A DNA stretch of 64,000 nt from a virus: the IMG/VR virus record IMGVR_UViG_3300009068_004979. The stretch is one strand, 5' to 3'. Below the pieces are notes generated by a model. That model was not told the DNA's origin and searched no databases. It was given only the letters and a program-made list of their open reading frames with translations. Of the stretch, positions 1-8,443 are shown piece after piece (positions within the stretch are counted from its first letter, which is position 1; each line of letters starts with the position of its first letter). The translations under genes and the position numbers were made by a program.

Positions 1-1
1 T

Positions 2-589
2 TACGAATCAAAGCAAAAGCATTCTAAAGAAGAAGCTGGCTAGGTGGGTCATACAGTTAAGGGGCAGAGATGCGATCAATGCACTATGTGGAGAGCGCCT
101 AATAAATGTTCTGCTGTAGCTGGAGATATTAAACCCGAAGCATGGTGTGAATGGTGGAAACAATCACATAGAAAGGATTTAACAGAAGCTGTACTTAAGA
201 GGATCGAAGAGGGGATGCCATCTTTAGATACCATTCAAGCTGCATTAGATGTTGCTGGTATAGAACCAACATATGGAACAGCTGCTGATGCAACTAATAC
301 TGTAATTTCCGGTTTAAGAGCTGCTTTAAGTAAAGAGCCTGACGAGAGAAAGAAGCATATCATTAACGCAGGGATTTCTGCTATATCGATGATACCTTTC
401 GCTGATGTTATTAAGCTCTTAAAATTACGTAAAGCTAAACCTGTTGCTAAGCTCGCTGTACAGGGCTCGCGTGCTTTAAAAACATATGGAAAGAGTCAGC
501 AAGCAACAGGACAGCGCTTTAACCCTGTAACAGAGAAATCAATTCACGATCCCGTTCTTCCTGGTATTCTTAAGCGTCAGACCAAATGA
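2..589 (+). CDS. Modular putative internal head protein, 5'-partial (HiPIP-like module + pre-toxin-TG-like module + truncated IHDxxxPGILKRQTK module); in-frame TAG at 41-43
   Basis: Frame from nt 2 reads YESKQKHSKEEAG*VGHTVKGQRCDQC...C...V.G.I.P.AWC..W (HiPIP Cys pattern). It continues LDVAGIEPTYGTAADATN...AISMIP. Modules are joined at L/I/V-x-E sites. Confidence 0.6.
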
Positions 590-613
590 AAAAACAACTT
601 CAAGAAAAAATAT

Positions 614-841
614 TCAAAGACTTTCCCAATTGGGAAAGTCGCTATACAGTTTTTGCTCTAGTTCTTGTTTCATCAATACTATCTCTCTCATATATCTCTC
701 AGCAGCCTCTTGGGTATAAAATGTATCCATGACCTGAAGATTGTTCTTTAAATCAATAACATTAAAACTAGGTACTTTGTTTATGTATGGGTTATCTATA
801 TCTATATCTGCATCATAAGTTTTAGTTATTGCATATCTCAT
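614..841 (-). CDS. Hypothetical protein
   Basis: 75-aa ORF with TATAAT 8 nt upstream of the ATG. Confidence 0.6.
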   Translation of the reverse strand: MRYAITKTYDADIDIDNPYINKVPSFNVIDLKNNLQVMDTFYTQEAAERYMREIVLMKQELEQKLYSDFPNWESL

Positions 842-877
842 ATTGAATTATTATACCTTATTTAAATAAATAATCAA

Positions 878-1222
878 ATGAATAGATTTGATAGATATGT
901 TAATAGTATATTAGAGCAAGCTCCTACAAAGCAACAGATTGCAGCTGGGATTCAAGGTGCACTTGCATCTTTTGGATCTGGAGCCCAAGATGCTGCCATC
1001 AAAAGAGCAGCCATGCTATCTTCTCAAGGAAGACAAGAAGAAGCAAGAGGAATGATACAACAATATGTTAAAGATCCAGAAAAATTAAAAATTGTAATTA
1101 AGGCTATGGATGAGAGACTAAAACCAATTCCAGGTGCAACAAGCAGTAAGTTGGATCAAAACAAGGAGTATACTAATTGGCTTGATAATACTTGGTTACC
1201 TTGGGTTCAAAAATATATTTAA
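878..1222 (+). CDS. Putative internal head protein (capsid-targeting-like N-terminus)
   Basis: N-terminus MNRFDRYVNSILE; TAAATA-N5-ATG late-promoter-like context. Confidence 0.55.
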   Translation: MNRFDRYVNSILEQAPTKQQIAAGIQGALASFGSGAQDAAIKRAAMLSSQGRQEEARGMIQQYVKDPEKLKIVIKAMDERLKPIPGATSSKLDQNKEYTNWLDNTWLPWVQKYI

Positions 1223-1269
1223 AAAGTTTGTCTTGCAGGTTAAATGCAAGCATCATATAAATACTATAT

Positions 1270-1737
1270 ATGCCTTTGGTGATGAAAACATTTAGACAAT
1301 TCTTTACTGAATCTAGAAAAGCTATAGATTGGAATTCTAATTATGGAAAGACTTTTAAAATAGTACATACACCTGAAGGCAGACAATCTGCAGGTGCTAC
1401 ATGGTCTCCTGATTTAGTTTCAGTTGTTACACCAGAGAATGGAGATGCATGGACAGCATGGAAAGAAGTCTCGCCTCAGTTGCTTGCTCAATGGAAAAAT
1501 AATTGGAATAATATACAACAATCATTAGGACAACACAAATATGATCAGATTTTAAGATCTCAAGGAAAAAATTTACAAGAAAAGAATATACATGATGCAG
1601 TCAGGCCTGGCATATTGAAGCGTCAAACCAAGGGCAAGATGACATGTGCCAAAGCCAGAGCATTAAAATCCAAGCAAAAGAACAAAGGCAATCATACAGC
1701 CAAAGCAGCTCAGAGATATTTAAACTATCACTGTTAA
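1270..1737 (+). CDS. Putative modular internal head protein
   Basis: MKTFRQFFTE resembles the T4 internal-protein capsid-targeting sequence. TATAAATA lies upstream. C-terminal module is shared with ORF 2..589. Confidence 0.6.
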   Translation: MPLVMKTFRQFFTESRKAIDWNSNYGKTFKIVHTPEGRQSAGATWSPDLVSVVTPENGDAWTAWKEVSPQLLAQWKNNWNNIQQSLGQHKYDQILRSQGKNLQEKNIHDAVRPGILKRQTKGKMTCAKARALKSKQKNKGNHTAKAAQRYLNYHC

Positions 1738-3722
1738 ACGTACTCTAATAGCCGCAACCTTCTCCAATTAGAAGCACCTCCCCATGGTGCATAGGGATCA
1801 GATACAAAAGGTGAATTAAAAAAGACAGCAGATGCTGTATCACTTATATCTGTTGTATTGTTATTAAAATAATGCTGGGAGCAATAGTTTTCAGATCCAA
1901 ATTGTTGAGCATTGATGCCAGTTAAGCAGGAAATAATAGAATTGTTAAAAGCAAAATTACCACTAGTGGTTTTAGTAGTTGTAGCTCCAAAGCGGATGCC
2001 TCTCTGATTAGATATGCTCCTGTTTGCTATAAAATTATTATTCTTTGTACCTGTTACAACATTACTATATATATTGAACCCAATTTCATTACCACTGCAG
2101 GTATTAGCTATTATCTGGTTAACATTAGCACCTTCTTCAACAAATACTCCATATCTAATATTATCATAACAACTATTAAATTTAGCTAACATACCAGATG
2201 ATGTGACATCCAGATCAATACCATCCATGTTAACATTACTAATTATATTGTCTGTAAAAATTAAATTGTTAGTACTTTGTGAGCTACCTTTTACCCATAT
2301 ACCTCTTGCACCGCTACCATTTATGGAGCAATAGCCCACAGCTACAGGAGAAGTGCAGCCTTCAAGTTTAATAGAGTCTGAATTAACAACACGCGTATTT
2401 TTGTCTCCAAAATTATTAAATGTCATTTGATCAATGAGAACATAAGAACAGCTTTCAAGAGTTATGCCATTTCTACCAGTTGTATTTTGCCCATCCAGAG
2501 TACCTCCACTGAAGCTAACAAAGGAAACGCTCTTGCCGCTGAATGCTGTAACGCCACTGTTCAATTGAATACTACCACTCAATACAAAACAGCTATTGCT
2601 GCTCAATATTACTGTAGCATTGCCTGTAATAATAGGTGCAGTAAGATTCATCACAATAACATTGGTTGGATTAGAAGCTTTAGCATTTTGATATGTAGTT
2701 AAAACTCTGCTTAACGTGGTGTCAGTAACAGTTACATTTGTCCGGGATGTGCTATTTTTAATTACACTTGCATGCCTGTTAGTTATTGTGGGTGGATAAA
2801 AATAATTTTGTCCTGCTGCATCTAGAGCTGTACTGGTTGTAATGATGCGATTTGTGCCACCAATAGCAACAAAATTATCCGTATTGTCAGAAAAAACATT
2901 ATCATAAATTACATTACTAGTTCCATTGCCATTAATACCTCTAGTACTGTTGGTAATATTGTTACTAACTATTTTGTTACTGGTACTAGAGTTTTCAAGA
3001 TTAATCCCCTCTGAACTAGCGTTACAGTAATTGTTAATTATATTGCATTGAGTACTACCAACAGATACACCGGTATCACAGTTTAAAAATTGGTTGTTAG
3101 CAATAGCACTTTGCTGACATAAAGAAAGTGAAACACCAAACAAGCTTGTGCTGCAGGTATTGTCTATACAAAAAGCACGTGTGGTTGAATATAAATCTAT
3201 AGCTGCGGTACAGTTACTAATGTTACAACGAGTTACTGTGATGTCGTTATTGTAAGTGTATGTTCCATTGTTAGTAAAAACTATGCCTCCATCTGCATTG
3301 CTTACAGTCAATGAATCAATATTACACTTGCTCACACCATCACAAACTAAACAATTGGTTACTACAGATTGACCGTTTAAAGTCAAGTTGCTAATACTCA
3401 CATTGCTACTGCCTGTTGTAACCTTTATTAATTCTGTAGCTGTGCTTGTAGCAGCTGCTGCAATACTGGCACTATATCCAAATAACACCATGTTAGAAGA
3501 AAGTGCAAGTGATTCAGCACCAACTCGATATGCACCACCGCTGGCTAATTGAATCGTAATTATGCTTGCTGGATTGGCTGCTCGAGCTGTATTGATAAGA
3601 CTCTGTAATGTGGCAATACTACCGCTAGTATCTACTATAGAAATAACTGCTTCCCCAGCAGTCTGATAAAAGCTATTATTCGGAACTGTATACAGAGTAC
3701 CACGGATTCCTTGAGAAGGCAT
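1734..3722 (-). CDS. Right-handed parallel beta-helix (pectate-lyase-like) protein with two tandem beta-helix domains; probable virion depolymerase/adhesin
   Basis: Asn/Ser/Ile-rich PbH1-type repeats and a duplicated N-cap. Start moved to MPSQ, 5 nt after TAAATA. Confidence 0.75.
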   Translation of the reverse strand: MPSQGIRGTLYTVPNNSFYQTAGEAVISIVDTSGSIATLQSLINTARAANPASIITIQLASGGAYRVGAESLALSSNMVLFGYSASIAAAATSTATELIKVTTGSSNVSISNLTLNGQSVVTNCLVCDGVSKCNIDSLTVSNADGGIVFTNNGTYTYNNDITVTRCNISNCTAAIDLYSTTRAFCIDNTCSTSLFGVSLSLCQQSAIANNQFLNCDTGVSVGSTQCNIINNYCNASSEGINLENSSTSNKIVSNNITNSTRGINGNGTSNVIYDNVFSDNTDNFVAIGGTNRIITTSTALDAAGQNYFYPPTITNRHASVIKNSTSRTNVTVTDTTLSRVLTTYQNAKASNPTNVIVMNLTAPIITGNATVILSSNSCFVLSGSIQLNSGVTAFSGKSVSFVSFSGGTLDGQNTTGRNGITLESCSYVLIDQMTFNNFGDKNTRVVNSDSIKLEGCTSPVAVGYCSINGSGARGIWVKGSSQSTNNLIFTDNIISNVNMDGIDLDVTSSGMLAKFNSCYDNIRYGVFVEEGANVNQIIANTCSGNEIGFNIYSNVVTGTKNNNFIANRSISNQRGIRFGATTTKTTSGNFAFNNSIISCLTGINAQQFGSENYCSQHYFNNNTTDISDTASAVFFNSPFVSDPYAPWGGASNWRRLRLLEYV

Positions 3723-3747
3723 ACCAGTATTTAATAAATAATTAAAC
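3723..3747. promoter_or_regulatory. Back-to-back T4-late-type promoters (TAAATA on both strands)
   Basis: TAAATA-N5-ATG on the - strand (3722) and TAAATA-N7-ATG on the + strand (3748). Confidence 0.6.
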
Positions 3748-4203
3748 ATGAACAAGGACACGAATCTAATATTTGAAACGTATAAGAATAGACTTATAAA
3801 TGAAGATATGCCTTACAAAGATTTTGCTGGGCTTGTAAAATATGCTAATTCCAAGCTTCCTTCAAAAGAGAGTCTAGAAGATTGGGAAACAAGAATGAAA
3901 AAGCTAGGATGTGACATTACTAAAGATAATAAGACTGGTACATATCATGCATGGCATGACAAAGAGCATACAAGCTCATATAGAACACATGGTGAAAATG
4001 AAGAGAAGTCAGCTGATAAGTTCAAAGAACAAATGCCTGACAGTAAAGAAGAATATTCAGCTCATGATTATGCTAAGGAGATGGAGATCAAAGGTGAAGG
4101 AGAAGAGCGCAGATTAGATCCTAAGTGCTGGAAGGGCTATCACAAAGCTGGTACTAAGCTCAAAGGCGACGTACGCGTCAACAAGTGCGTAAAGAATTCT
4201 TAA
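3748..4203 (+). CDS. Putative modular internal head protein with C-terminal CWKGY module
   Basis: MNKDTNLIFETYKNRLINE leader, acidic linkers ending in E, and terminal RLDPKCWKGY...VRVNKCVK module recalled from T4-like phages. Confidence 0.6.
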   Translation: MNKDTNLIFETYKNRLINEDMPYKDFAGLVKYANSKLPSKESLEDWETRMKKLGCDITKDNKTGTYHAWHDKEHTSSYRTHGENEEKSADKFKEQMPDSKEEYSAHDYAKEMEIKGEGEERRLDPKCWKGYHKAGTKLKGDVRVNKCVKNS

Positions 4204-4493
4204 ATATCGCCGTCCAGTAGCTGTCCCAAAAAATCAGAATTGTACTTTTCTTTAAAATGAGCACGCACTTGCTTGATGCATTTGTTATACAGAGCACGGT
4301 CTCGTTGGTGGCGTTGCTCTAATTCTAACAATCGATCTCTCAACACTTCATGTGCTTCAAAATTAAAGGGTTCTGTCTTTTCTAATTTTAGATATTCTTT
4401 TAAGATTTTTTCTGACTGCTCAATGGTCCATTTGAATGTTTTATCCAATTGATTGATCTGTTCAAGCAATTTGTCTATTTCTGCGTCATTCAT
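4200..4493 (-). CDS. Hypothetical coiled-coil protein
   Basis: 97-aa ORF in a tightly packed operon. Confidence 0.6.
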   Translation of the reverse strand: MNDAEIDKLLEQINQLDKTFKWTIEQSEKILKEYLKLEKTEPFNFEAHEVLRDRLLELEQRHQRDRALYNKCIKQVRAHFKEKYNSDFLGQLLDGDI

Positions 4494-4644
4494 GCTTTCT
4501 GAATATCCAAGAACCGTCTTTGTTGTCTACCCAATCAATCTGAGTACCTTCTGACCACCCTAATTCTTTCAATACTTCTTCTGGCAATGGCAGGTACAAG
4601 TCACCAGCTTCATTCTCTTGTATGGTTATACTGTATGACTTCAT
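4486..4644 (-). CDS. AbrB/MazE/SpoVT-like DNA-binding protein (52 aa, absent from ORF track)
   Basis: Manual translation MKSYSITIQENEAGDLYLPLPEEVLKELGWSEGTQIDWVDNKDGSWIFRKHE; LPLPxExLxxLGWxEG motif. Confidence 0.7.
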   Translation of the reverse strand: MKSYSITIQENEAGDLYLPLPEEVLKELGWSEGTQIDWVDNKDGSWIFRKHE

Positions 4645-4841
4645 TGAAAACCTAGTGCTCTCTTCTCTTCTGGAAACAATTCTAATATGCGAAGATTTTC
4701 AATGAGATACCAGTCATTGTTAATTTTTACAAAGTTCTTGGATGGAGATAACTCTTTTACTTTGCCTTCATGAATTGCATGCTTGCTCACGGGCCAGTTA
4801 ACAAACAAAACTTTCTTATCTACAAGATCAGCTATCTTCAT
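4641..4841 (-). CDS. Hypothetical protein (small beta-barrel-like)
   Basis: 66-aa ORF; TTGATA-N16-TATAAT-N7-ATG upstream. Confidence 0.6.
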   Translation of the reverse strand: MKIADLVDKKVLFVNWPVSKHAIHEGKVKELSPSKNFVKINNDWYLIENLRILELFPEEKRALGFQ

Positions 4842-4883
4842 TTAAGGTATTATACACACTTTCCATATTATATCAACACACTA

Positions 4884-4956
4884 TGGCCCAAGTGGGATTC
4901 GAACCCACACTGGAGCGATTTTAAGTCGCTTGTCTCTGCCATTGGACTACAGGGCC
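4884..4956 (-). tRNA. trnL: tRNA-Leu(UAA), short variable loop
   Basis: GGCCCTG...AGCGA-CTTAAAA-TCGCT...GTGGG-TTCGAAT-CCCAC...GGGCCA; no encoded CCA. Confidence 0.9.
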
Positions 4957-5309
4957 AAAGATTCATTAGAAATAAATGCCAACGGCCTGTCTTGTTCTGT
5001 ACCATAATACTTCCACAGACCATTATAATCATCTGTGATTGTATATTCTTCACCATACATGATGAGACCAGGTGTCTCATTAACCATTTTGAGCATCTTC
5101 TTGAGCTCTCTATCTGTTACTTCCTGCTGACCTATACCTTCATTAAAAAAAGGACCAGTGAATACTCTGCCAGAGTTAGTGCAAATCTTAAGCTTGAAAA
5201 GCATGTCCTTTTCTTCCACAGCAACTGGTTCATCAAACTGCTTAGGTGAGAAGAATGCAAACTCGTGAAAGGTGTATGGCTTGCCTCTGAATTTACGCTT
5301 GCGGCCCAT
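4947..5309 (-). CDS. Hypothetical protein
   Basis: 120-aa ORF co-oriented with its neighbours. Confidence 0.6.
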   Translation of the reverse strand: MGRKRKFRGKPYTFHEFAFFSPKQFDEPVAVEEKDMLFKLKICTNSGRVFTGPFFNEGIGQQEVTDRELKKMLKMVNETPGLIMYGEEYTITDDYNGLWKYYGTEQDRPLAFISNESLAL

Positions 5310-5310
5310 A

Positions 5311-5460
5311 TCAAGGATAACGGTAGATCTTTTTGCCTTTTTTAACAGTATAGTTTCTTATCTCTTTGCCTTCAGCAGTAGCCCAATTGATAACATCAAA
5401 GTTATCTTTGAACTTCTTGCTGAAACAACTGCGAGGTTTATCTCCTTTGCCAGCGCTCAT
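5311..5460 (-). CDS. Small phage protein of GKGDKPR type (49 aa, absent from ORF track)
   Basis: MSAGKGDKPRSCFSKKFKDNFDVINW...; ATGA overlap with the RadA-like gene stop. Confidence 0.6.
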   Translation of the reverse strand: MSAGKGDKPRSCFSKKFKDNFDVINWATAEGKEIRNYTVKKGKKIYRYP

Positions 5461-6404
5461 GATTCAATTGTATCGTTATTATCGTAAACTTCAACTACAG
5501 TTTCTTCTACAAGCTTCCAGTAAGCTTTGGCACCACGACCGCGTTTCTGCAATTTGCCTTCCAATTGCAATTCACGTAACAAGAAACCAGCACGCGAGCT
5601 ATCAATCTTCATGGCTTTGCATACTGCAGGAATAGTAATCTTACCATCCATTTGCATGATAGCATCACGTTGCTCTTGTTTCTTCTTGCTCTTGTTGGTA
5701 GGCATTTCTGCATCTTCATCTGTAGCAACAGCAGTTTCAAAGTCATAACCACTGTACTGAATATAGCATTCCACATCAGCAGCAGGACCAAAACGATTCT
5801 TATGAAACACAATGCGACGAGCATTCACTTCAGCATCTTTGATCTGCTCAATGCCCATGTTCACATCCACAGCATGCAGAATGAGCGATGATCCTTTGAT
5901 CTGACCAGCTTTGGTATTGTGACAGATCAGAACAATGGCACATTCAGTTTCTTTGGCATGCTTCACAAGCTTCTCAATGCAATACTTCTCCAGTTCACGG
6001 CCACGCAAATCACCTTTGGCCAGGCCTTGAAATGAATCAATGACAATCACATCCAAGTCCTGCATGTAGCTACTAATAGTATCCACATCAGATTCATTAC
6101 ACACTTGAATGTTCTGTACTTGCAAGCGACCACAAGTCATGGCCAATTGCTCCACAGATTCTTCATTGCTGCAATAGCCCACGCGGTAGCCATTGTTTAC
6201 TAGTCCCTGCATGGTCTGCAACACCAGGGTAGTCTTGCCCAATCCAGCTCGAGCAGTAACAGTGATGCTACTGCCTGGCAGAATACCATCACCAAACAAG
6301 GCATCGACTTTCTCGATACCGCATTTCATGCGTCGGAAATAAATTTCCGGGATGGAGACTTCACTGATACTTACAAACGGCGTTGAGTTGATTTTCAAAT
6401 TCAT
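5457..6404 (-). CDS. radA: RadA/Sms-like RecA-family ATPase with C-terminal winged-helix-like domain
   Basis: Walker A ARAGLGKTT, Walker B VIVIDS, RadA signature KNRFG. Confidence 0.8.
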   Translation of the reverse strand: MNLKINSTPFVSISEVSIPEIYFRRMKCGIEKVDALFGDGILPGSSITVTARAGLGKTTLVLQTMQGLVNNGYRVGYCSNEESVEQLAMTCGRLQVQNIQVCNESDVDTISSYMQDLDVIVIDSFQGLAKGDLRGRELEKYCIEKLVKHAKETECAIVLICHNTKAGQIKGSSLILHAVDVNMGIEQIKDAEVNARRIVFHKNRFGPAADVECYIQYSGYDFETAVATDEDAEMPTNKSKKKQEQRDAIMQMDGKITIPAVCKAMKIDSSRAGFLLRELQLEGKLQKRGRGAKAYWKLVEETVVEVYDNNDTIES

Positions 6405-6433
6405 TATTAATATTATGCAGGAACCTGCAGGAA

Positions 6434-6685
6434 TTAAAAGCTAAAAGTTAAGCGAGGATACAGAGTAAAATGTTTGCAGCGATCCAACAATTCACAGTTG
6501 ATACGCATGGAAAGCATTGCAGGCGAAGCCATTTGAAATTCTGGAAAAATAGCTTGAAGCATACCATGTTGATTTGGATATATATCCAGCAATGTTTTTT
6601 TATACACTTCTAGTTCTTCTTTAAGATCCAGAAGTTGTTCAGTACTAAGATGGCAGAGCGACTCGGCCGAGGACTTTTCTATCAT
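6434..6685 (-). CDS. Hypothetical protein
   Basis: ORF in operon; start trimmed to the first ATG. Confidence 0.5.
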   Translation of the reverse strand: MIEKSSAESLCHLSTEQLLDLKEELEVYKKTLLDIYPNQHGMLQAIFPEFQMASPAMLSMRINCELLDRCKHFTLYPRLTFSF

Positions 6686-6914
6686 AATAAGCTGCAGGGT
6701 AATACATGGAATCAATCTTGTCTACTGCTTCAGTTAACTTGTTGATGAGTATCATGGCGCATAAACGATCCACATACACTAAACTGCCTCCTTTGTCATT
6801 GCTAGAATTCTTGAGGGTCATTTCAATGAGTGGCAAGGACTCACCACGGTGATGAGCCAATTCTACTTTGCACACACGATTAGTAACACCATAAGGTTCT
6901 CTATTCTTTCTCAT
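6645..6914 (-). CDS. Hypothetical protein
   Basis: ORF from MRKNREPY; fills the gap between neighbours. Confidence 0.5.
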   Translation of the reverse strand: MRKNREPYGVTNRVCKVELAHHRGESLPLIEMTLKNSSNDKGGSLVYVDRLCAMILINKLTEAVDKIDSMYYPAAYYDRKVLGRVALPS

Positions 6915-7191
6915 ACAGTTCCTCCATGGCTGTCTTCTCTGCTTCTGCATACAAGGCACTGGCCATGTGCATGCCTGCATTAGCCAATACTGTTGAAGAC
7001 AGAACAAAATATGTGCCATCTTCAGGGCTTGTTTTGCACATTTCTACATCTCGGCATTCCATGATGAATCCCAAGTCAAAATCAGCATGCTTGGAATATT
7101 CTTCTACAACCTGTGTAGCTGCTTCCATGGCATTATCTGCTTCAATCTCTACATGATCCAAGTCACCAGATGTGATTTCCCAGGTTTTCAA
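6901..7191 (-). CDS. Hypothetical acidic protein
   Basis: 96-aa ORF with TTG start overlapping the upstream stop. Confidence 0.6.
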   Translation of the reverse strand: MKTWEITSGDLDHVEIEADNAMEAATQVVEEYSKHADFDLGFIMECRDVEMCKTSPEDGTYFVLSSTVLANAGMHMASALYAEAEKTAMEELYEKE

Positions 7192-7430
7192 ACTTCCTCC
7201 AATTTGGCTAAAGTTTCTTCTTCTTTTACAAGAGTTTCATTATCCACATAATTGGCAATAACTAGCTGACCTGATCCATGATTACCAAAGTAAACACCGC
7301 GCTTGCGCTGAGTACTCCCATACTCCACACAAGTCCATTGTTCTTCTGGTATTCCAAGAATGCGAAGTGCTTCCACACGAGCTTCAGGAATAGGTTTACC
7401 GGACGCGCTACAAGTATAATTTTTCGTCAT
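7188..7430 (-). CDS. TraR/DksA C4-zinc-finger-like protein (degenerate)
   Basis: CSASGKPIPEARVEAL...TCVEY matches the CxxCGxxIPxxRLxAxP...CxxC pattern with only two Cys retained. Confidence 0.55.
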   Translation of the reverse strand: MTKNYTCSASGKPIPEARVEALRILGIPEEQWTCVEYGSTQRKRGVYFGNHGSGQLVIANYVDNETLVKEEETLAKLEEV

Positions 7431-7449
7431 GCTTATAATATACAGGAAA

Positions 7450-7764
7450 CTAGATATTACGCAAGTTCTTTTTTGTAGCTTTTACAACATGAAAATTAAG
7501 TTTTTCAATATCCACTCTGGCATATTGATTCCAATATTCATCTGGTTCTTGTGTTAAAAATTCTCTCACAAGAAGATTTAAATTTTGTTTATCAAGCTTA
7601 GGATGGTGCCAAGTTCCATGAGATCCTTTCATGCGCTCAATAAACTCTTCAATATCATTGAGCCGAAGGGCAAGCTTCACTTTGTGTCTGGATCGCATTA
7701 ATTTCAATGCTGCTTTGAGCGTGGGAGCATTTGTATAGAACCACGTAGGTTTCTCTTTCATCAT
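7450..7764 (-). CDS. Hypothetical protein
   Basis: TTGACG-N16-TATACT-N6-ATG upstream. Confidence 0.6.
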   Translation of the reverse strand: MMKEKPTWFYTNAPTLKAALKLMRSRHKVKLALRLNDIEEFIERMKGSHGTWHHPKLDKQNLNLLVREFLTQEPDEYWNQYARVDIEKLNFHVVKATKKNLRNI

Positions 7765-7770
7765 GCCTAT

Positions 7771-7798
7771 AGTATATAGGAACAAGCAGTTACGTCAA
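7771..7798 (-). promoter_or_regulatory. Sigma70-like early promoter
   Basis: TTGACG-N16-TATACT, 6 nt before the ATG. Similar elements precede 4841, 7430, 8308, 9333 and 28588. Confidence 0.6.
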
Positions 7799-8013
7799 GT
7801 ACTCTTTGAAAAATTCTTGACACAACTGCGAGCACCATTAGGAACAAAATATTTCTTATTTGCATCCCAACACTCTTTGGTCATGACTTCAATGGCACCA
7901 GCAGTTTTATGCCCATAAACCATTCTGCCAAAACGATTGCGCATTTTTTCGGCAGGCAGATTAATTGCAGACTTTTTTAAACCAATAGGAAATGGAGGTA
8001 ATTTATAGTCCAT
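7795..8013 (-). CDS. Hypothetical protein
   Basis: ORF from MDYKLPPF. Confidence 0.55.
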   Translation of the reverse strand: MDYKLPPFPIGLKKSAINLPAEKMRNRFGRMVYGHKTAGAIEVMTKECWDANKKYFVPNGARSCVKNFSKST

Positions 8014-8308
8014 AATATTTACGAGCCTCTGCAACAAGAGTATCACTAGGCACATGAGTACTGGTTGCGTTCAAAGTATTCTTGATATCCATAATAGGCA
8101 CATCTTGCTTCAAGAGCTTCACTGCTTCACTACAAATATAGTTATTAACAAAATTATCAACTGAACCAAATTTAGCTTCCTTGGTCTTCAAGTAGTCCAT
8201 GCTAGTTGGTCGCTCCAAGCCTGTTATCAAGCATTTGAGCTTGGGTGTTTTGCCTTGCAGCTGCTTTTTCAAGCGAGCATTGATTTCATCTTTGTTCATT
8301 AAACCCAT
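8003..8308 (-). CDS. Hypothetical protein, paralog of the N-terminal domain of 9333..9881
   Basis: CLITG...KFGSV...YICSEAVKLLK motif. Confidence 0.65.
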   Translation of the reverse strand: MGLMNKDEINARLKKQLQGKTPKLKCLITGLERPTSMDYLKTKEAKFGSVDNFVNNYICSEAVKLLKQDVPIMDIKNTLNATSTHVPSDTLVAEARKYYGL

Positions 8309-8387
8309 GCACCTATTATATATGAACGGCTATTATCCGCAAGTAGATTTTTAAATATTTTTTATAAATTGTTATAGCTATTGTAAT

Positions 8388-8426
8388 AAAAAAAGGCGCC
8401 AGTTCTTGCGAACATGGCGCCTTTTT
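8388..8426 (-). terminator. Rho-independent terminator (possibly bidirectional)
   Basis: GGCGCC/GTTC stem with GCAA tetraloop on the - strand, flanked by A and T tracts. Confidence 0.85.
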
Positions 8427-8443
8427 ATGTAACGAGCCTATAA

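Noticed and set aside
41-43. Genome-wide TAG reassignment (alternative genetic code)
   Set aside because: Long genes are intact in code 11, TAG ends genes normally (for example 13831), and no CUA-anticodon tRNA is present. The tRNA at 25903 reads CUG.
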